A stretch of DNA of 62,626 bases, taken from contig JBEKGO010000008.1 in NCBI GenBank assembly GCA_050012755.1, forward strand, positions 1 through 62,626, written 5' to 3'. Made by a program: the position numbers and the translations under genes. Origin of the DNA: Candidatus Bathyarchaeia archaeon (lineage in GTDB: Archaea > Thermoproteota > Bathyarchaeia > Bathyarchaeales > Bathycorpusculaceae). A model generated the notes under the pieces. The model worked only from the letters and a program-made list of their open reading frames with translations, had not been told where the DNA came from and ran no database searches. This document shows, one piece after another, positions 57,212 to 62,626 of the stretch (positions within the stretch are counted from its first letter, which is position 1; every line of letters starts with the position of its first letter).

Positions 57212-58435
57212 TTGAAGTATCTTGATTTTGTGGATTCAAATTACAAGCCAAAAGAAACTGATTTAATCTGTACTTTTTACTTGGAGCCCGAGGGCATCAG
57301 CCTCAAGGAAGCTGCCGGAGCCATCGCCGCAGAAAGCTCAGTTGGCACATGGACTGAACTCTCGACGGAAAAGCCATATGTGACGCGCCTGGCCGCCCAT
57401 GTTTTTAGCATAGAAGCCAACGTAGCCAAAATCGCTTACCCCCTTGAACTCTTTGAGCCAGCCAACATGCCAAACATTCTGAGCAGCGTTGCAGGAAACG
57501 TCTTCGGGCTAAAAGCACTAAAGAACCTGCGCCTTCTCAACATCCAAATGCCCAAAGTGTTAATTAGCAGTTTCAAAGGTCCCGCTTTTGGCATAGCTGG
57601 AATACGCAAACTTCTAAAAATTCCAGAACGCCCACTGGTCGGTACAATAATCAAGCCAAAACTTGGATTAAGCACCAAAGACCATGCGAAAGTGGCTTAT
57701 GATGCATGGAGTGGTGGTTGCGACATCGTAAAAGATGATGAAAACCTAAGCAGCCAAAAATTCAATCCCTTCGAAGAACGCTTAACGCAAACGTTGGAGA
57801 GCCGAGACAAAGCGCAAAAGGAAACGAGTGAGCGCAAAGTCTACATGATAAACATAACCGCTGAAACCAACTTGATGATGAAACGGGCGGAGAGTGTCCT
57901 TGCACACGGCGGAGAATATGTTATGGTGGACATTTTAACTTGCGGTTGGTCAGCCCTCCAAACGCTGAGAGATCAAAACTATAAACTAGTTATTCATGCA
58001 CACAGGGCAGGGCACGCAGCTTTCACCAAAAATCTCAAACTTGGGATAGCCATGCGTCCCATAGCAACAGTGGCAAGAATAATCGGTGTAGACCAACTTC
58101 ATGTAGGAACAGTTGTGGGCAAAATGTCTGAAACCAAATCTGAAGTCCTCGAAAACATAGATGCGTGTAAAGCTGAACTAGGCGGGCTAAAGCCTGTTTT
58201 GCCTGTTGCTTCAGGCGGTTTGCATCCCAGATTAGTGCCTGCTTTGTTGGAAACATTCGGCAACGATGTTGTTCTGCAAGCTGGCGGTGGAATTCATGGG
58301 CATCCTGCTGGAACAGTTGCAGGTGCGAAAGCTATGCGGCAAGCAGTTGATGCAACACTAGAAGGTAGAACGCTTGACGAATACGCTAAAACACATAAGG
58401 AATTGAAAGCAGCATTGGCGCAATGGAAAACCTAA
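57212..58435 (+). CDS. rbcL: Form III RuBisCO large subunit
   Basis: AAESSVGTWT, IIKPKLG, DIVKDDE, HAHRAGH, GTVVGKM, ASGG, GGGIHGHP. Confidence 0.96.
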   Translation: MKYLDFVDSNYKPKETDLICTFYLEPEGISLKEAAGAIAAESSVGTWTELSTEKPYVTRLAAHVFSIEANVAKIAYPLELFEPANMPNILSSVAGNVFGLKALKNLRLLNIQMPKVLISSFKGPAFGIAGIRKLLKIPERPLVGTIIKPKLGLSTKDHAKVAYDAWSGGCDIVKDDENLSSQKFNPFEERLTQTLESRDKAQKETSERKVYMINITAETNLMMKRAESVLAHGGEYVMVDILTCGWSALQTLRDQNYKLVIHAHRAGHAAFTKNLKLGIAMRPIATVARIIGVDQLHVGTVVGKMSETKSEVLENIDACKAELGGLKPVLPVASGGLHPRLVPALLETFGNDVVLQAGGGIHGHPAGTVAGAKAMRQAVDATLEGRTLDEYAKTHKELKAALAQWKT

Positions 58436-59367
58436 GTTGGCTTGAACACCCAAGGGTAGTTTCTGTTTACTGTTTCTACTATTGATTGAGGTGCAATTAC
58501 TCCTTCTTCACAGATAATCCCATTGATGTAGCGGTTTGGGGTGACGTCAAAAGCTGGATTACGAACGGAAAGTTTTGCGGGTGCCTCGTTCCAGATCTCG
58601 CTGGGATTTCGATGTTCAATCCCTTCATATGTGCCGCAGAGCGTTTCAGGGTCGAATTTGAGCAGTTCGGTAACCACATAGAAGGGTTTTCGTGCTTCGT
58701 TGGCTAAGACGGCGATGGTGCTGGTGCCTATTTTGTTAACCACGTTACCTTCCGAAGTTATTGCGTCCGCTCCAACAACAACAACGTCAGCATCTCCCAT
58801 ATAGGACCTTGCAGCTGAATCAACAATAAACATGGTTTGAATGTCAAGTCCAACCATTTCCCGAGCAGTTATCCTACCTTGGAAGGCAGGTCTAGTTTCA
58901 GTACAAATAACGGTAAAGTTTTTGCCGTCAGCTTTCGCTTTGGCAAGCATACGAGTCACTGTTGATGAATGGCAATGTGTAAAAACAAGCATTCCGTCTC
59001 GGATACGTTTGGCACCTATTTCTGCCGTGCGTTCCCTTGAAGCCTCAAGATTCTGCAAAAACAAGCTCACATTTGAAGAAACCATTTCGGTTAGCACTTC
59101 AACTTTTTCGGTGCTGCTGTCTTGGGCTTGAGTGATTATCCATCGTACAGCGTTTCTCATTAGTGGCTCAGTTTCTCTTGACGCAAAAAGCATGGCTTGG
59201 GCTTCTTTAAGTTCCTTTAAGAATGCTGTTTTGTTTTTGGCTTTTGTTTGCTCTGACAAAGTTTGCAGGGCTTTGATGGCAGCTATTGCAACATTTCTTG
59301 CCCCTTGAACTTCCAGTTTTTTGATTCGTTCAACTGTGCCGCGTACGGTTTCAGCCATAACATTCAA
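58432..59367 (-). CDS. Ribose-1,5-bisphosphate isomerase (eIF2B-like)
   Basis: VQGARNVA, THCHSS, TETRP, VGADA, NKIGT, NPAFDVTP. Confidence 0.92.
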   Translation of the reverse strand: MNVMAETVRGTVERIKKLEVQGARNVAIAAIKALQTLSEQTKAKNKTAFLKELKEAQAMLFASRETEPLMRNAVRWIITQAQDSSTEKVEVLTEMVSSNVSLFLQNLEASRERTAEIGAKRIRDGMLVFTHCHSSTVTRMLAKAKADGKNFTVICTETRPAFQGRITAREMVGLDIQTMFIVDSAARSYMGDADVVVVGADAITSEGNVVNKIGTSTIAVLANEARKPFYVVTELLKFDPETLCGTYEGIEHRNPSEIWNEAPAKLSVRNPAFDVTPNRYINGIICEEGVIAPQSIVETVNRNYPWVFKPT

Positions 59368-59454
59368 CCCTTAAATCCTAAATATTTCTGATTGATAATT
59401 TATTCCTTGGAGAAGCATATAAGCCAATTCATAACAACTTGTTAAGGGAGCGTT

Positions 59455-60594
59455 ATGCTGCCAGAAGAAGATAGTATCAACACTATTCTAAAACCATTCA
59501 TAGGTCCATGGTACGAGTCTCTTGAGAATCCACAAAAAGCGCAAGAGCAAGTCCTGACTGATTTAATCAGCAAGTACGCTCTCACCGATTATGGAATCAG
59601 CCATAACGGCTTACAAGTGAAAAGCGTCTCAGATTACCAAAAAGTTTTTCCCATCATTAACTATTCTGGGCTTATTCCTTATCTCAATCAAATCAGGGAC
59701 GGCAATTTTAAGGCGATTTTACCTGAACCCACCGAATGCTGGGTTATGACCAGAGGTTCAACTGGAAAATCAAAAGTTCTTCCAGCGACTCAAACGCATC
59801 TAAAACAAATCTTTTCTTGTGGCGCTAGAGGAATAGTAAATTTTGCCGTACAGAAAAAAAGCTATCAAGTTTTCATGGGCTCAATCCTTAATCTAAACTT
59901 TCCTTCAAACGTTCGCAGAATGGACATTAACGGTAAAGAGGTAACGTATGGTTACAGTTCTGGTACTTATGCTCGCCTTAATCCCATGTTCGACAGGGTC
60001 AGCCTACTGCCCAGGCAAGAGGAAATAGATGAATTGGGCGCTGGACTTAGGAAGCAAGATTGGGAGAAACGTTTTGAGCTTGTTTACCAGCAGGCTTTGA
60101 ACAAAGATGTCACCGCCACGATGGGTGTAACTCCCGTGATTCTCGCTTTCGCTCGATATGTCAAACGTAAGCATGGAAAAAAGCCAGCTGACTTATGGAA
60201 ACCTCAAGCACTTTTTTGCACAAGCGTCCGCAAAATACATTATCGGTGGAGTCCATTATTGAAAGCATATTTTGGCGATGTGCCAGTTGTTGAAATGTAT
60301 ACTGCTACAGAAGGTGTTTTTGGTCAACAACTTGATGATTTACCATATATAACGCCAAATTACGATTCATACTTTTTTGAAGTTGCAACAGGCAAAGGCG
60401 TAAAAATGCTGCATGAACTTAAACGTGGCGAATGGGGTCGACTCTTAATTTCCTCATGCATGTTTCCAAGATATGACATCGGCGATTTAGTGGAGGCAGC
60501 TGGCAAAAACTATTTTCGCATCTTTGGACGCAACAATGCATTAACTCTCTTAGAACATAGGCTTTACCGAATGTTCTTGGGAACCCTAATCTGA
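59455..60594 (+). CDS. GH3-family adenylate-forming enzyme, short form
   Basis: TDYG, YQKVFPIINY, TRGSTGKSKVLP, EMYTATEG, RYDIGD, FGR. Confidence 0.82.
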   Translation: MLPEEDSINTILKPFIGPWYESLENPQKAQEQVLTDLISKYALTDYGISHNGLQVKSVSDYQKVFPIINYSGLIPYLNQIRDGNFKAILPEPTECWVMTRGSTGKSKVLPATQTHLKQIFSCGARGIVNFAVQKKSYQVFMGSILNLNFPSNVRRMDINGKEVTYGYSSGTYARLNPMFDRVSLLPRQEEIDELGAGLRKQDWEKRFELVYQQALNKDVTATMGVTPVILAFARYVKRKHGKKPADLWKPQALFCTSVRKIHYRWSPLLKAYFGDVPVVEMYTATEGVFGQQLDDLPYITPNYDSYFFEVATGKGVKMLHELKRGEWGRLLISSCMFPRYDIGDLVEAAGKNYFRIFGRNNALTLLEHRLYRMFLGTLI

Positions 60595-60595
60595 C

Positions 60596-60973
60596 TTAGT
60601 TGCTGGAAACCCGTTTCCGCATTGTAGTTGCTACGTAGATTGCGGCAATTATTATGATGACTCCGATTATGAGAAGCATCGCTGCTAAGTCCTGAGACGA
60701 ATTTAAAGGGTGTGTTAAATCAAGTAAAGCAAATACGGCTATGGTGATAAGTATTGAACCGCCGACTAGATAGCCGACAAAGCCATATTCACTTTTTTCA
60801 TGCTTTTCGCCTTTTTCAGGATTTTGATTTTTCTCTTGTTTTTCATTTTGGTACGGTTGGGTAGGCTGCACTTGGCTAGGTGTTACGGCACCCTTCAACG
60901 ATGTTCCACAATGCGGACAAAAAATCATTGTTTCTTCCACCTTGTTGCCGCATTTCGGACAATAGGCCATCAT
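60596..60973 (-). CDS. Zinc-ribbon membrane protein
   Basis: YCPKCG...FCPHCG, EK-rich linker, two TM helices. Confidence 0.85.
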   Translation of the reverse strand: MMAYCPKCGNKVEETMIFCPHCGTSLKGAVTPSQVQPTQPYQNEKQEKNQNPEKGEKHEKSEYGFVGYLVGGSILITIAVFALLDLTHPLNSSQDLAAMLLIIGVIIIIAAIYVATTMRKRVSSN

Positions 60974-61084
60974 GCTGTCTCCTTTTTCTATGGATTACAT
61001 CTCTGAGTATTTAAAATATGGCGCTTTCTCGTCAGAGAGAAAGATATATGTGGATATAGTCCATACACGAAGAGGGAGAGAGAC

Positions 61085-61588
61085 TTGACTAAGGATTCAG
61101 GTACCCACGGGTTAACCGACAAAAGTAAAGAAAGTTTGGTAACTTACGTTTATGTGGGCGCCATATTTATCATCCTCGCCTTAATTTTTGTCCTCAACAC
61201 TGGCATTTCAGGTAGAATCGTTAACTTTTTTTCTTCATTAACTCTTGCTCCAGTTCCAGGAACCAATATCGCTTTGCCTGCGCCTTCAATCCCAGCCGTT
61301 CACAGACAGCTGTATGAAATTGCTTTTCAATTTACGATAAGTGTAGGCATTTTAGAACTTGTTACGTTAATGGTTAGAATTCTGCTTCATTCGTCAATTG
61401 CGCGGAAAGCTGAAACTATTGAAAACCTCGTTTTCTGGCTTGGAACAAGCTTTCTGACAGTTGCTTACTTGGTTAATATTACATTACAAACTGAATGGTT
61501 TGTGTTTTGGGCTGGAATAATTCTCATCGGAGGATTATCTTTAGTAACTAGAGCTTTAATAATTCTTTTAGCCAGACGAAACAGTTAG
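61085..61588 (+). CDS. Hypothetical 4-TM membrane protein
   Basis: Four hydrophobic helices; GAGGGAG RBS before TTG. Confidence 0.75.
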   Translation: MTKDSGTHGLTDKSKESLVTYVYVGAIFIILALIFVLNTGISGRIVNFFSSLTLAPVPGTNIALPAPSIPAVHRQLYEIAFQFTISVGILELVTLMVRILLHSSIARKAETIENLVFWLGTSFLTVAYLVNITLQTEWFVFWAGIILIGGLSLVTRALIILLARRNS

Positions 61589-62331
61589 TCGTTATGCTTT
61601 ACTTTTAGTTTCCACCAGAGCTTCATTATTTGATTGAACATACTCCATGAGTCTTTCAAAAGATCAACTTTTGTGTCTTTGCCAGTTTTCCATTCTACTG
61701 GAATCTCTTTTATCTTATAGCCTCGAAGGTTTGCCCTAACCATTATTTCTGTATCCCAGAACCAGTGAGTCGCTTCTACCTCGTCAAGTAACGTCAAGAC
61801 TGATTCTGGTTTGAAAGCTTTGAAGCCACATTGGTGGTCCCTGAGCTTGGAGCCGAGCATATGGCGGACGAGGAAATTGTAAGTTTTGGAGCTTATGTTT
61901 CTGCTCAATGATCGTTCAACTTTGCTCTCAGGCAACATTCTTGAGCCAGTTGAAAAATCGTAGCCTTCAACGGAGATTGCGTCAACGAGGGGTTTAAGAT
62001 ATTTGAGGCTAGTGGATAAATCTAAATCCATGTAAACAAAAACTTCGCCGCGGCAATGTTTAAACGCGTTGTTAAGCGCCGTTCCTCTGCCTTGACGTTT
62101 CTCACGATGAATGTGTTTAACAAAAGGAAACTTCTTTGTGAGTTCTTCAGCGTGTTCAGCGGTGCCGTCCGTGCTACCGTCTTCTGCAATAATGATTTCA
62201 TAGGAGTATCTATTTTCTTTTAGGGTTTGACTTATTTTTGTCACAGCGGCTTCCAATTTATCGGCTTCATTATATGCTGGAAGAACAACGGAAACCAACA
62301 CTTTGTCTTCGGAAGCGCTTTGGTGCTCCAC
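61585..62331 (-). CDS. GT2 dolichyl-phosphate glycosyltransferase (AglD/DPG-synthase-like)
   Basis: VVLPAYNE, AEDGSTDGT, YMDLD, GSR, DHQCGFKAF, WFWDTE. Confidence 0.9.
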   Translation of the reverse strand: MEHQSASEDKVLVSVVLPAYNEADKLEAAVTKISQTLKENRYSYEIIIAEDGSTDGTAEHAEELTKKFPFVKHIHREKRQGRGTALNNAFKHCRGEVFVYMDLDLSTSLKYLKPLVDAISVEGYDFSTGSRMLPESKVERSLSRNISSKTYNFLVRHMLGSKLRDHQCGFKAFKPESVLTLLDEVEATHWFWDTEIMVRANLRGYKIKEIPVEWKTGKDTKVDLLKDSWSMFNQIMKLWWKLKVKHND

Positions 62332-62332
62332 T

Positions 62333-62626
62333 TTAGAACACCCAACCATTGAACCATTTCAAACTATTGATAGTTGAGGTTGATGTTGGGACACCTGAAA
62401 TGACTGGGTAGAAAAGAACAAATAATGCAATCGTCAGTGCAAAGAAAGCTATTGCCGCGATTTTCGCCCATTTGCTGCTCCAGTACTTGCTTACTACAAA
62501 TGCTGTGGCTAAACAGAGAATTGGCACATCAGAATAGAAATGATAAATGAATACCACTCTTGTAATGAGTATATAGGGTAGCCATTGGAAAAAGAAAACC
62601 AATAAAATAAAGATTGGCACCAAATA
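62333..62626 (-). CDS. C-terminus of a protein O-mannosyltransferase-like (PMT) membrane protein, truncated by window edge
   Basis: WLPY..ITRVVFIYHFY, LFYPVISG, LKWFNGW. Confidence 0.7.
   Translation of the reverse strand, partial: YLVPIFILLVFFFQWLPYILITRVVFIYHFYSDVPILCLATAFVVSKYWSSKWAKIAAIAFFALTIALFVLFYPVISGVPTSTSTINSLKWFNGWVF

Overview
Archaeal chromosomal segment. The gene content (archaeal ThrRS, NAC, aMBF1, Trm56, TFE, form III RuBisCO AMP pathway, NfnAB, IPE-tailed surface proteins) fits Bathyarchaeia, which is an inference. The core carries housekeeping genes, a hisGDCBHAFI operon, tRNA-Val(TAC), initiator tRNA-Met and a C/D-box sRNA. Two accessory islands (about 13.4-24 kb and 30.4-34 kb) hold the most striking signal. 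A 17-bp palindrome GGATTAAAWTTTAATCC, extended consensus GTTTGGGTTTGGGGATTAAAATTTAATCCACAAA, occurs six times and brackets single cargo genes. Two unannotated, diverged 3' remnants of what I recognise as a solo Cas1 (casposase-like) gene are fused back-to-back at 18.17-18.51 kb, each followed by a cargo gene and one palindrome. Together these suggest a Cas1-linked gene-cassette mobilisation system with no CRISPR array. Also notable: hflX and nfnA both appear to start at ACG behind a near-identical GGAGGCG(N8)ACG signal; a corrinoid-fold protein lacks the cobalt-ligating His; and there are several unusual fusions (YegP-YegP-Alba, YHS/TRASH-phosphorylase, double Fd-MvhD coupled to Nfn). Family calls come from motif recognition, not database searches.
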